A DNA stretch of 63,668 bases, the filler included, from Hyphochytrium catenoides (lineage: Eukaryota > Protista > Hyphochytriomycota): assembly GCA_900088475.1 (NCBI GenBank). It is 21 parts of 21 records of this genome, joined end to end, with 100 filler letters (N's around TTAATTAATTAA, not from the genome) between each part and the next. Parts side by side here need not be neighbours in the genome. Positions count along the whole stretch, not along the records: positions 35,566 to 37,725 come from FLMG01000130.1; positions 37,826 to 39,265 come from FLMG01002627.1; positions 39,366 to 40,765 come from FLMG01001159.1; positions 40,866 to 43,594 come from FLMG01004610.1; positions 43,695 to 47,359 come from FLMG01000576.1; positions 47,460 to 50,736 come from FLMG01003498.1; 15 more parts are not named here. One strand, written 5' to 3'. This document shows positions 36,139-50,736 of the stretch, in pieces; position 1 is the stretch's first letter; every line of letters starts with the position of its first letter. The notes beneath the pieces are model-generated. The model was not told where the DNA came from. It worked only from the letters and a program-made list of their open reading frames with translations, and did no database searches. The translations under genes and the position numbers were made by a program.

Positions 36139-36285
36139 CGTATCAGAAATAGAAGACGAAATATGAGAAGGTCGAAGTGCCAGACCACGAAGGGAGGCGA
36201 GGAGAGAGGGAAAAGGGCAGGCACTTTTGAACGAGAGCGACAAGGGCAGCGGATGTGTAGAGTCCGCTAGCGGAACAGAGAGAAA

Positions 36286-36321
<36 letters not shown>

Positions 36322-36610
36322 GAGAGAGAGATAAGAGAAAGGAAAGCTTTGGGGAGTGGACGCTTCTCACATTTCCCTGTTGTCTGGTATAGGGCCCTGG
36401 AGGGCATTGCCCATTATAAGTACAAGCCGTAAGTCCCTGCCGGTCTCGCCGGACGTCCTAGTCTCTCTCCTTCTCTCGCCAGTTCTCTCTCTCTCTACAT
36501 ATATATATGTATACAATACCGTCTTTCCATTCTGTCTCTAACCTTCTTCCATCCTGTTCTTCTCTCGATGAATTTCTTGGCTTTGCGATGTTGCTGTGTC
36601 ACTAGTTGTC

Positions 36611-36663
<53 letters not shown>

Positions 36664-36844
36664 GAGCCATTATACTTGGCTGGACACGAATTTGACTCCC
36701 TGGTGGAACTTCTGCGCGGGTCTCCTTCCTCTCTCTATGGCGCCCAACCTCGTCACTCTCGTCGGCACCGCCGCCTGCGCGCTCTCTGTCTTCCTCCTCA
36801 ACTCGCAAGCCCCACACCTGGACGAGAGAGCACCTCTATGGGTA

Positions 36845-36876
<32 letters not shown>

Positions 36877-37021
36877 CTCGATTCTGACGAACCGAAGATT
36901 GCTTTTAGTGCAACTGTTGGGGAGATTGTGGAAGATGAGAGAAGTCGTCAGAAGTAATATTTCTTAGAGTCAGGGGACAAGACTTGGGAGAGAGAGAGAG
37001 AGAAAGAGAGGGGGAGAGGGA

Positions 37022-37088
<67 letters not shown>

Positions 37089-37387
37089 GAGAGAGGCCGG
37101 GGTTGCTATCAATCCATCCGTCTATGTCTGTGCAGGGGAAGTATCTTTCGATATTGTCCGTTTGTTCTTTGTCTCTTTCTGTCGCCCATTCTCTCTCTCT
37201 GCTTACCTCCACTACCACTAATGTCAAACTCTCGTCCTCTCTCTTTCTCTTTCTCTCTCTCTTCGGGTGCAGATGTATGGGTTCGGCTCCTTCTGTGTCT
37301 TTTTCTACCAGACGATGGACGCGATCGATGGGAAACAGGCCAGGAGAACCAATAACTCCTCACCTCTGGGACAGCTCTTCGACCATG
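36035..37387 (+). CDS. CDP-choline/ethanolamine phosphotransferase (CEPT1/EPT1 family), first four exons
   Basis: MPVLSKR / [12 protein letters not shown] / SHYTWLD...[10 protein letters not shown] / [28 protein letters not shown] (CDP-alcohol phosphotransferase motif). Confidence 0.93.
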
Positions 37388-39106
37388 GTGCCCTCTCTTT
37401 CTCTCTCTCTCTCCCTCTCTCTCNNNNNNNNNNNNNNNNNNNNNNNNNNNNNNNNNNNCTTCTTGCTTCCCTATTCGCTCCTGCATACTCTCTCAATCTC
37501 TTCCTAAGCGAAAAGCCTCTGCGCTCTCTTCGTCATCTTTCTGTACCTCTGTCTCTCTCTGTCACTCCTCTATTAGAACCGATATTCCCGCCTCTTCTGT
37601 CTTTCTTCTCTCTCTTTTTGCTCTCTCTTTCTTCTGTCTCTTTTCTCTCTTTCTTTCCTCTCTCTCTTGATGCATTCTCACCGATAATTCTCTCTCGTTC
37701 TCTCTCGTTCTCTCTCTCTCTCTCTNNNNNNNNNNNNNNNNNNNNNNNNNNNNNNNNNNNNNNNNNNNNTTAATTAATTAANNNNNNNNNNNNNNNNNNN
37801 NNNNNNNNNNNNNNNNNNNNNNNNNCCCAACTATGGTGTTCTCGATGGCCTGTACCCAGGCATTTTATTGATACTATCACTCAGGCAAGAAGAGATAGAG
37901 CGAGGGGTAGATGCGAGGAGGACGGACCAAGCGAGAGAAGAGACGTAGGGGAGAGGACGAGCGACGAGAAGAGACAGGGAAGAGTTGGCGTCTTCTGTGT
38001 GGAGAGAGGGAGAGATAACAAACATCGCCTTTGATAGAGTTCTTAGTTGTAACCACCACAAAGTAGTTATTGAGACAAGAACTGAGGGATGATCAGTCCA
38101 TTAGTAACTGTATACAGTACAACTACTGTTCGTCTAGTTTTGGCTCTTGGGCTGTCCCTCAACGTGCAGTAAGCCTTAAGTTCTAGGGATGTCCCGGTAG
38201 TTAGTAAGTAAAGCCTTTAATTAACCTACACTCCTAGTACTGTTCTCTATATTAAAGAAAAACGGTTGTAGGATCTTCACGTGGCCGCTTCATCACTCAT
38301 CTTCCTGCTGGAAGTATGAGATCGATCGTAATAATAACGAAAGGTGTACCACCAATCCCTCCTCTCTTGGCCTGCCTAGGTAATAAGAATTGATGAGTGG
38401 TGCTGCTGCTGCATAATAAGGAAGAAGAGTTCATTAAGATAGCAGGGACCGCTGCACAGAAATAATGATGTGTCCATCGTCATCATGGGCTCGCTGCTGC
38501 GATTCAGAAGTCGTCTTCATGCAGCGATTCGCACTGGTGATGACTAAGTAACAGGGTGGTCCATCTTGAGAACATGAAGATCAATAAGAAGGAGGAGTGA
38601 GGCTCGGTGTCGGGCCGTAGGACTGCAGTTTGTTCCCTTCGTCTGGGAATCCTTAGTACTTGCTATGCGCTATGTGGTGAGGTGTTCCTGACTATGCTGT
38701 GGAGATGGCTTGTAAAGCTGAAGCTTTATAGCTTCAATGTGGTCGTTCCTCCGTTGTTGAGGCTCCTCGGCATAATAACCATTCTTGGTCTCGGGAGATG
38801 CGCTGCAGGATTCTGTACCGCATTCCTGCTCATCAGGTTTAGACCCTGCTTTTCTTGCTTGTCTGGCAAATAGTGATGATAGATACTCTTGATGTCTTCT
38901 CTTCCACCACCATCCTCTTCAATAACCATTACTGGAGTAAATCAACTATTATGAGAAGCCAAAAAGGGGGGTGATCTCTGCAGCCCTCACTATCAAGCTC
39001 TGGCTATAATAGCTAGTAGAAAGGCAACGCACAACGGTAAGGCCACCAGCAGCAGTAGCGGCGGACGGACAGCCAAGATGTAGAGATAATATCTCATATT
39101 ATCATA

Positions 39107-39265
39107 CTATCCCCCCTTACATCTATGTCTCTCCTCTGCCTTAAATGTTTTGGTGCACACATGGAGGACGCCTTCGTTAAAGGCGCCAATGTGACGCTGT
39201 CCTTGCAGACAGGCCACTACAGCACTTGCTAGATGTTTGCAAGGTAGGCTAGGGGAAGTTATTGC
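39107..39265 (-). mobile_element. Possible 3' end of a decayed Gypsy element (PPT plus chromodomain-like remnant), with LTR-like sequence toward lower coordinates
   Basis: Minus-strand AAGGGGGGATAG resembles the PPT at 8783. Upstream WPVCKDSVTLAPL resembles a chromodomain tail. Confidence 0.3.
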
Positions 39266-39544
39266 NNNNNNNNNNNNNNNNNNNNNNNNNNNNNNNNNNN
39301 NNNNNNNNNTTAATTAATTAANNNNNNNNNNNNNNNNNNNNNNNNNNNNNNNNNNNNNNNNNNNNTCTCTCTCTCTCCATGTGATTAGCTCTTTCTTCCT
39401 TCCTTCTCTCTTTATCTCTTCCTCGGCTGTCTCTCTTTTTCTCTCTCTCCATGTTAGTTGACTCTTTCTCCTACATCCTCCGTTCCTTTTTATGCTGTTT
39501 TCTTACTCTCTGTCTCTCTCTTTCTTTCCCTCTCCCTTCCTCTA

Positions 39545-40738
39545 GCTTCTGGCTGCTCAGGAGGCTGGCGCAATCTACACAGGCAGCTTCTTTAGCCCAG
39601 ATAACGAGAGACTCAACAGGTGCGTCCGCAAACTTAACAAGAAGGAGGTGGGAAGAAAGAAAAAGAGAGAGAAAGAGAGAGATGGAAGACGTGGGGGAGA
39701 GAGAGACATTGGCAAGGAAGACAGGGAGACCTATCGTTGGGAAAAGTCTGGGATGAGGGACACTGATGTACAAGGTTGAGCTCAATCCTTTTCTCCTTTC
39801 TCTCTTCTCTTTTCACTCCGAACTTTCCTCTGCGGGCCTTTCCTCTTTCACCCGTGTCTCTCTCTCTCTCTCTCTGTCTTGACGTTGTAGGGCTACTGAG
39901 TACCACAAGAGTGCGATTGAGCTTATGGACGACGCGGGGAAGTGTGTTTCTCTTATCAACCTCGGACTCTGCTATAGCTCTCTGGGACAGGTCCACTCCT
40001 CTCTCTCTCTCTCTCTCGTGCGCGTCCTTTATCCTCTGACTCTCTCTCCTCTCTCTCTGTCTCTCACTGCCTTGTGTTTCTATCGGTGTACTCATGGGCG
40101 ACTGTCTCTCTTTACTCTGTCTTTCTGAAGCAAGAGGAGGCGGCGACTAGCTTTCAATCGTCTCTGCGCTACGCCGTCGAGCTCCGAACCACTCTTGGGC
40201 AGACGCTGGCAGTAGGAAACCTAGGGCTGCTCGCTTACCGTGAGGTGCGACATGTGCAGTCTCTCTCCCTCCTCCTTTTCTCTCTCTCTCTTCTCTTCGT
40301 TCCCATCTCCTCTTCCCTTCGTTCCCTTCTCCTCTTCCTACTATTAGTCTCTCTTTGTCTCTCCCCTCGGTGCGCTTAATAATTCTTCGATGCTAGTTGC
40401 TCTAACTCTTCTAGAGACGGCCAGTTCTTCTTTCCTCTCTCTCTCTCTCTCGTTCATCTTCTCTCTCTCTCTCTCTCCTTCTCTTACCGTGCTCTCTTGT
40501 GTCTGTGTCTCTCTCTCTCACTGTCTCTGTTCTACCACTCTCTCTTTCGATTCTGTTTCTCTCTCGCCAATCTCTGTTTCAGGGCGATATGTCGACAGCT
40601 AAAGCTTGTATGGAGCAACATCTGAAACTGTGCCGGGAGGTGAGGCACTTCTTAGGAGAATGCCAGGCGAGCGTGCAGTTGGGGCTCATCGAGGCACAAG
40701 CAGGGAACCTTAGAGAGGCTGCTAATCACTTTGAAGAG
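39545..40738 (+). CDS. TPR-repeat protein (TTC28-like repeats), four internal exons
   Basis: ATEYHKSAIEL..INLGLCYSSLGQ / QEEAATSFQSSL..AVGNLGLLAY / GDMSTAKACMEQHL..QLGLIEAQAGNLREAANHFEE, with in-frame GT-AG junctions. Confidence 0.8.
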
Positions 40739-40920
40739 GTAAACAAAGAGAGAGAGAGAGAGAGANNNNNNNNNNNNNNNNNNNNNNNNNNNNNNNNNNN
40801 NNNNNNNNNTTAATTAATTAANNNNNNNNNNNNNNNNNNNNNNNNNNNNNNNNNNNNNNNNNNNNGGACCATTGGCACGGTGGATGCTAAGCATCGCACC
40901 GCTCATACAAGTAAGCTGTC

Positions 40921-41950
40921 CCGCCCTAACCTAACCCTAACCCGCTCCCTAACCCGTTCCCTAACGCGCTCCCTAACCCGCTCCTTAAATTATACCATCC
41001 CCGCTGCCCCGGCCGAAATCCGCTGCCTTATCCAACTACACGCTACTCTTTCTTAACCGCTGACCAATCCACTGCCCTGAACTGCTGCCTATCCTACCCT
41101 AATCCGCTCCCGATCCTTAATCCGCTACCTATCTTTAACTAATCCGCTGCCCCTTCCCAAATCCCCTGCTTTAACCCTAACCCGCTACCCTTTCTTACCC
41201 GCTGCATAACCCGCTGCCTCACGCCGCTGCCATTACCTCTGCCTACCGAACCGTAACCCGTTGCCTATCCCTAACCGCTCCGTATCTTATGCTATCCCGC
41301 TGCCCCATCCCAAATCCGTTACCTTATTCAGTTACACGCTACCGTTTCTTACCCGCTGTGCGCTGCCCCTTCTCGAATCCGCTGCCTCTTCCCGAATCCG
41401 CTGCCTTATCTTGAACCCGCTATCCTTCCTTACCCGCTTCCTAACCCGCTGCCCTAATCCGCTGCCTATCCCTAACCCGCTCCCTATCTTAAAGTAATCC
41501 GGTGCCCCATCCCTCGGCCTTATCCCTAACCCTAAGCTGTCCCACCTCAAATCCGCTGCCTTACCAGCTATCCTTCCTTACCTGCTTCCTAACCCGCTGC
41601 CCTTACCCGCTTCCTAATCCGCTGCCCTTACCCGCTGCCTATCCCTAGCCCCCTCGCTATCTCATANNNNNNNNNNNNNNNNNNNNNNNNNNNNNNNNNN
41701 NNNNNNNNNNNNNNNNNNNNNNNNNNNNNNNNNNNNNNNNNNNNNNNNNNNNNNNNNNNNNNNNNNNNNNNNNNNNNNNNNNNNNNNNNNNNNNNNNNNN
41801 NNNNNNNNNNNNNNNNNNNNNNNNNNNNNNNNNNNNNNNNNNNNNNNNNNNNNNNNNNCTTGATAAAGTCTAGTACCCCATCCCAACCCACTGCCTTATC
41901 CCTAACCCGCTACCCTTTGTTACCCGCTACCTAACACGCTGCTCTTATTT
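40921..41950. repeat. Degenerate satellite built on telomere-type CCCTAA (12-bp CCCTAACCCGCT and ~19-bp AACCCGCTGCCTATCCCTA variants)
   Basis: Directly visible; extreme C-strand bias; spans an N gap. Confidence 0.9.
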
Positions 41951-42057
41951 CTATTCGCTGCTATCGGCTGCCGTGTGCCCTCCCTTTCTTTTTNNNNNNN
42001 NNNNNNNNNNNNNNNNNNNNNNNNNNNNNNNNNNNNNNNNNNNNNNNNNNNNNNNNN

Positions 42058-42960
42058 GGGGTCGACTTATTTACACTGTTCTATATGTTACTTTAGAGAG
42101 AGAACAAAGTTGGGACTATGAGCTGTGTAGCACAGAGTGTGTTCTCGCTAGCCACTGATGTGAAGATTCATATGCACGCCAGGTGTCTGTTTTGCAAGTA
42201 CGGTTCATTGGGATTTATCGGACCTCTCCTAAGAGGAGAGTGTAGTTAGAGATAAAAGCTTCCATCAAGTCTAAGTCTACAAGCAGTAGTGTCAGCACAG
42301 CAAAGTGACTGTTGACAAATCTCCCTTCAGACTGAGAGAGTCCGGGTATGTACATAAGAGACGCAGAGGTGACCCTACCGTAATGCTTCCTATGCCAGAG
42401 TCGAGTAGTCACCCCTTGATAGACAGANNNNNNNNNNNNNNNNNNNNNNNNNNNNCATCACAATGTCGGCGGATGATTGACCGGGGCAATGCCTTCGTCA
42501 ACATGTGTCAGCTATCATCTCTTCCGTGCGGCAATAGAGAAGCTGAACCAATTCAGATTGAACACACTCCCGCACAAAGTGATATCTCACATCACGCTGC
42601 ATGGTCCGCCTCTTGTGGTTCTCCTCCTTAGCTAGAGAAATAGGCCCTTGATTGTCCTTGTGAAGGACTGGAGGAGAGTCCTTACCAACTCCGAGAGCTT
42701 TCGCACCCTTACATTAGCCAAAGGAGTTCCCTTGTAGCCTCATTGGCCTCAACATATTCAGCTTCTGTACTGGAAAGAGCACAGACTTCTGCCTTTTACT
42801 TGCCCACATCACTGCATTTCTGGCTAGTAAGAAGACGAATCCATAGGTAGACTTCCGTCCATCCAGATCTCCTGCCCAGTCGGAATCTGTGTACCCGCAA
42901 ATAGCTTCAGGGTTAGCACCTGTGAAGGTTAGGCCATATTTTTCGGTACACTTGAGAAAC
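42058..42960 (-). mobile_element. Copia RNase H fragment (42455-42960) followed by a PPT-like tract and probable LTR (about 42410-42058)
   Basis: GYTDSDWAGDLDGRKSTYG..WASKRQK and EMIADMLTKALP; minus-strand AAGGGG-TG at about 42417-42410. Confidence 0.8.
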
Positions 42961-43693
42961 TAAGGATTCATTGACTGTTTTGCTCTGTCCTACACGCCTT
43001 TCACTACTCGTACTTTAGTATGTCACGTTGTTGTCCCTCACTCCTACTTCTACCTCTGCCACAGGCAAAGCAAAATGAGCCTGCCCCGTGCTTTGGATTA
43101 GCAAGGGAGAAACGATGACAGACCCCCTTTTTTCCTTTGTTCCTTCTTCCACTCTTCCATACCTTTATATTCGTGAACTCATGCATCCTCTGCTCCCTTC
43201 GCTTTATGTGTAAGGTCCTTCCCTGTGACAAGCGTCAGGCACCTGCGCCGAGATGACTGGAGGAAGAAGAGAGGGCAGATGGAGTGTCCCCTACTGAAAG
43301 AAATTTACCAATTTGGAAGGAGAANNNNNNNNNNNNNNNNNNNNNNNAGCGGCGAAAGAGCGAGAAGATTAGAGAAATAGAAAGGAAAGGAGAGGACATC
43401 CCCGGCGCCTCCTGAGTGTATCATTCAAATCAATGATACCCAGATGCTTTTCCTTCTAGTCGCTACCGCTTTCATCCCTTACGCGTCTGTTTTTCTGCTT
43501 GCAGAAGGTCCGTAAACTCAGGAATGACCTCTATGTTGGATCTCCCGTACTTAAGACTTTGAATTAGTCCATGAATCCTTTTTCGCACCTCTTCNNNNNN
43601 NNNNNNNNNNNNNNNNNNNNNNNNNNNNNNNNNNNNNNTTAATTAATTAANNNNNNNNNNNNNNNNNNNNNNNNNNNNNNNNNNNNNNNNNNN

Positions 43694-46600
43694 NGTGATG
43701 TGGTTATCGACGAGTCTCGCTCTGGGGCCTTTATTTCTACTCAAACAGGCAAAAAGGCAGCAACATTATGATTATATCTCTGGCCCAAGTCCAACAAAAA
43801 GTAACCCGAGCGAGAGAAGCCCCAAGCTCTTTGGTAGGCACCATCCCCGTGTTAATGACTAACATCGCAAACACAGTGGCAGAGGTATACACAGATGGCT
43901 CCTACTCCAGGGATAGAGAGCAGGCAGGATTTGGCATCGTCTGCCTCAACGCACGGAAGGAGGTAGTATACACGCTAGGATGGCCACTCACAACTAAACT
44001 TCATGGAGCTTCCACCCCATTCATAGCAGAGTCCATCATCGGCATTCTAGCGGCACTGCACCTACTACAACGATCCACGGGCACTTTCACCATTTATCTC
44101 GACAACCGGGCGGCAGTTAACCTAGCGGCGAAGGCGGAAATTTGGGAGCTCAGGACGACTATGCGCGCACCTGCAGTGACACTATGGGGAGAGATTTACG
44201 AAATCATGCGGCAGCGTATCCAGGCAGGAAGGAAAGTGGAGATAGAATGGTGCAAGGGCCACCAGGACAGAGAACCAAAACAAGATCGGCACCATAGATG
44301 GAACTCCATGGCGGATGAGCTAGCGAACGAAGGCGGAAAGAGCTTTGACCCTGCTCAAGCGCTTGATTTCACGTTGTACCCACAGGTGGGGCCACGCTTT
44401 GTTGCTACCTCTAACCCTGGCAAAAGCACAATCATAGGTGATGTGAGGAAAGCCATCCGGCGGGAGCTCCAGCACCGCCATCTCAAAGCGTGGAGTGAGA
44501 AGCCCATCCAGGGACCATAACTACAGCACTTCATTATGGACAATACAGCCCCTTGTGGCACAGCAGACGACGCGGAGCAGAAGACCTACAGAGAGGACCC
44601 GGAGAAATAGACTACGCCTGCCACAGATGTCCTGACAAACGGGGAGATGCGATGCACGTCCTAACTGAATGCCTCGTCACAGTGGCACACAGAGACCGTC
44701 TATGGGAGTCTATGGACCGTTTCTTTGAACGATGGACGACTGCGGAGTCCAGAGAGAGAAACCAGCTTCAGACACCTTTGCGCTGCACTAACCAGACGCT
44801 CCACCACCTCCCACGGAGCCTACAAGAGCTCAATTGGCCAACGGGCGAAGGTAATCATGACAGCATGGATCTAACCATCTCACCGTCAGCAGGAGACCTC
44901 TGGTTTCTGGGTATAGTGCCCCAGCAAATAGCCAGGGCAATGCATAGAGAGATTGAAGAAGGCACGCATACAGCACTGAGGCCATCGAAAATCATCCCAA
45001 GAGCAAAAGGACTCAAGCGACTGGTGGACCTGATAATACGTTTCTCCGGCGAGGCTCAGAGAAGCTACAAGGAAGATATGGACAAATGGCTCCAAGAGGA
45101 AGGCCTATCGATCAAAAGGCCAGAAGCATCGCCTCAAGACGAAGAGAGACCAAGAAACGACACAAGGCGACGAGCCCGGCAAGGCCGACTAAGGCTACAA
45201 GCAGGAGGAGAACCCACCAATACACCCGGAAGTGCTGATCTGGCAGCACCACGAGGCCGCTCTCAGACCCTACGATGTGAAGGAGAAGCCTGCCGCACAG
45301 AGGTTGAAGTGGGTCAACGCGAGCAACCCAATCTCGTCAGGCAGAGCTTGACTAACATCAAGAGATGCTCGCGATGCTATCAAAGGGAACGACAGGAGAA
45401 ACAGGTAAGGGAGATTAACTGGAGAATGCATAACCACCGAGTGCTACAGGGCTACCTACACAATCGAGAGGAGAATCATGGTCAGACAGCGGCAGAGTGT
45501 CATGCGTATTTACTCTCGCACGGCTTCAAGTGCTCAGCCATGGCGGTACACAAAGCCCTGGATGAATTGGCAGCGGCAGAGGAGAGGAATCACGATGGCC
45601 AGGCCCAGCCGTCAGAACCAACTCGGCCAGCAGCTGGCACAGCAGGGACAACAGACGGCCAAGAGGCAGAAGAGACTGAAGACGACGGAGACACGAACGG
45701 GGACAATAGAAGGACAAGATCGAGATTAACAGGTCGACGAGCCCCACAAGTGGCCGCTCGTCAACGTGACCGCAGACAAGAACAGCCAGCAGCAACCAGC
45801 AGCGGGACACACCGCCGCATAACAGACTTCTTCCAGAGACAGGAACGACCAGAACAAGCGCAGCCACCAAGGGGGCCTTCGCCTGACCGACCCACAACAA
45901 CAGTGGTAGCAGCAAGCGAGGGAGACACCAACAACGGCACTGGAGTCGCCATCGCCGGTTCGCCCAGAAGAGCTTTTGATGTACATTAGGCTAGACGCAA
46001 GGGGAGTCCGAGACACCATCATGCTGAGGTAGGAAAGGCTCACAAGATAAGGAGAAGAGCGATACACGAAGAAGAGAGATAAGGATACGGGACGCCAGCG
46101 AGCCTGGTGCACAATCCAGAGCCTAACTTTATTAGCGCATGATGATCCAACCCCATCACCACGGCCGCCCCTTAAGAGCAGGGGTAGTGGCAGACAGGGG
46201 CAGGACTCCCCAAGGGGGCGGTGTCAATGTAACCTCACAGGAGGCCTCACCACCCATACCGCCATCAAAACAAAAAAAAAATGATTATATCTCTATGTTT
46301 CCCATTAAAGGGAGCAAAGAAGCAACTGTCGCTGAAGCAGGTCAACTAGATGATGAAGCGAGTGCAGCGAGACAAGCAGAAAAAGAAACTGCACCTTCTG
46401 CTGACGAAGCAAGTCCCAACCAATGACTGTCTGGGGCCGGAGTTAGAGAGCAGCGTTGCTGATGGGACGGAGACGAGCGAGCTTGGCGAAGATGAAGATT
46501 ATCCGGCAGCTTCTTCTCCCTCCTCTCCGACCACAATCACGTCTCCTCCACTCGGTCCTATCACTCGTGCTCGTGATAGACTGCTGCAGGGAGACTCTCT

Positions 46601-47270
46601 CTCTTTTCCAATAGGCCAGGCTAATCCGAGAACAGTCCGCGAGGCACTCTCTGGACCTCATGCCACAGAATGGCTAGCCGCCATTACCTCAGAGCTTACA
46701 TCAATGCAGTCCCATGAGGTTTACGATCTAGTGCCCCCACCCCCCGGCGCTCATATCATCCGCTCTCAATGGATCTTTAGGGTCAAGTTGCATAGCGATG
46801 GCTCAGTGGACAAGTACAGGGCTCGTCTAGTCGCTCTTGGCAATCGACAGAAGCAAGGTATTGACTTTAGCGAGGTCTTTGCTCCAGTGATAGGGCATGA
46901 CACTGTGCGCTGCCTTCTCTCGGTCGCCGCCACGCTGGATGTAGAAGTGCATCACGTCGATATCAAGACTGCCTTCCTGAACGGCAATCTCGATGAACAG
47001 GTGTACATGCGTCAACCACCGGGATTTGCAACCCCTGAACAGGAAGATCACGTCTGGAAGCTGAAGAAGTTGATTTATGGTCTTCGCCAGAGCCCCAAGA
47101 TGTGGAACGACATGCTGCACCATTAGCTGATTGGGCAAGGGTTCCAGCGCAGCGTTTGTGACTTTGGGGTATACGTCAAGCGGCACTTTTCGAGACCTGA
47201 GGACCGTGAGATCGTCGGCGTCTTCGTTGATGACATGCGCCTCTTTGCTCTCACCACCGCAAATTGCAGG
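43694..47270 (+). mobile_element. Ty1/Copia pol (end of integrase, linker, RT), interrupted by a LINE insertion
   Basis: DVVIDE at 43696 (the SRDVxFDE motif). After the LINE: NPRTVREAL..W, YRARLVALG, DIKTAFLNG, YGLRQSPKMW, VFVDDM. Confidence 0.92.
43782..46280 (+). mobile_element. 5'-truncated non-LTR retrotransposon: RNase HI, CCHC knuckle, long C-terminal extension, 3' UTR and A-tail
   Basis: RNase H motifs VYTDGS, AE, YLDN, WCKGH, NSMADELA; knuckle CHRC-x8-HVLTEC; tail AAAACAAAAAAAAA. Perfect 14-bp TSD ATGATTATATCTCT at 43768-43781 and 46281-46294. Confidence 0.93.
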
Positions 47271-47459
47271 TCTCAAGACTATGCCGTCTGCTCGTTTCTG
47301 TTGGGTATATAGTATTACAGAGGTGTGGCTTGATATTTGGGATAGACTAATTGGCTTGTNNNNNNNNNNNNNNNNNNNNNNNNNNNNNNNNNNNNNNNNN
47401 NNNTTAATTAATTAANNNNNNNNNNNNNNNNNNNNNNNNNNNNNNNNNNNNNNNNNNNN

Positions 47460-49170
<1,711 letters not shown>

Positions 49171-49403
49171 TAATAGAGGAAAGCGTACCCCGTGCGCGCC
49201 ATTCAGCCCAAGGCCTCAAATTACTGTTAACTGTTGCTAGTCCTTTAGGAAAACACTACCCGTGATCCGAAATTGAGGGGAGAAGGCTGCCGGCTGGGGT
49301 TGCCAGGGAACGAACATTTGACCTTGAGAAGACATCCCATCTCTTTCAACTGACAGCTCTTGGTGGTCGCTTATCCAAATGGGAGCTGCTATCCCTCTTG
49401 GGA

Positions 49404-50736
49404 TCATAGCAGAGAGAGGATCACTGCGGCGCCCAGTGCAGAGATTATCTGGCTTTCATCTCTCTGTTGGCCTTGTTCTGTGGCAAAAGATTGGTGAAGG
49501 GCTTCAACTAGCCGTCTAAACTGTCCATCGGCTGCCTCTCCTCTTCGAACAGAGTCCTGCAGGTGGCGCCAAAGCTCTGGCAAAGCCTCGGTCGCATCTG
49601 CTTGAGCTCCTCGTGGCCTAACTTGGTTGTTTGTGGCTTGGTTGCCAGATGCAGGAGGAGTAGAGGATGGAGGCCGCGCGGATCCTTTCGTGCACTCTTC
49701 GATAAAGCTCCCGACTTCATCAAAGTATTCCTTACCATAAAGGAGAGTGAGATTATTATGATCTCCTCGCGGAAAACGCTTGATTTTCTTCTTCGTGGAG
49801 CCACAAGCGTCGTAGAGCTCCTGACCTTGCCGAACTGCGCAAGTATCATTAGATGTGAGAGAGCGCACGGAGGAGGTAGCAAAAAGGCTTCATGCGTGCA
49901 GTGGCATGATAGCGAAACACTCTATAAGAGCTAGAGACTGGTGCTCTCTCCTGGTACCAAAGCTAGGATTGAGGATACACGGCGCGCTGTAGCGGGCAAT
50001 GTAGACACCGAGGGGTTGATGGGAACAAGGCTGTAGGGCTCTACCTGGGACGATACTATCCCGCTCTCCATGAAGCACCAGCAGTGGCATGCCTCCGATA
50101 TGATTCATCTTCTCCTGGTTCCTGAAGATGTCCGGAATGGTCCTAAGGATGTGAGCTCCATTCGGTATCATCAAGCTTAGCTCCTGCGTCCATTTCCTTC
50201 GTTAGTCGCATGCTGCTTGCAGAGCAGCTCAAGAGGGGAAAGTACCTGAACCATCGGAAGCTCTGACAGAAGAGTCAAGCCTGACTCAATGATCAGGCCG
50301 CAGAACATTTGCGGCGAGTGGTGAGCCAGCTCTATCGCACAGGCACTTCCAATTGACCTGAGAGAGAGTGAAAGTGAGCGCTGAATATAGATGGACTCCT
50401 TCCTCACTGTGTCTCATTTCCTCCTTCCTCTCTCCTCACTAAATTCCTGTTCATTCTTTCTTTGTCCCTTTCTCTCTGTTATATCCTGGACTTCGACCTC
50501 CTTGTCTTATCTGATCACTTATTCTATCGCAGACCTTCAGCTCCATCTGTCTCTGGTGTTACTCTGTCACACTTGGCCCTAGCCTCGCACATAAACCCTA
50601 GCAGTTCTGGCACTGACCTGCCAAAGAGCACCAGCGGGCTGTCTTTGCACTTGGCAGATGTCAGAATATTGGGAAGTTGCTTCAGGAGAGAGCGACTATC
50701 CGCTGCCACTCTTGAGAGTACGGGCTGCCCAGTACT
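49404..50736 (-). CDS. Alpha/beta hydrolase (ABHD13/ABHD17-like), 3' part, 4 exons
   Basis: Nucleophile elbow LFGR|SIG, GLIIESG, acid motif LVLHGERDSIVP, His motif GDHNN. Confidence 0.88.
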
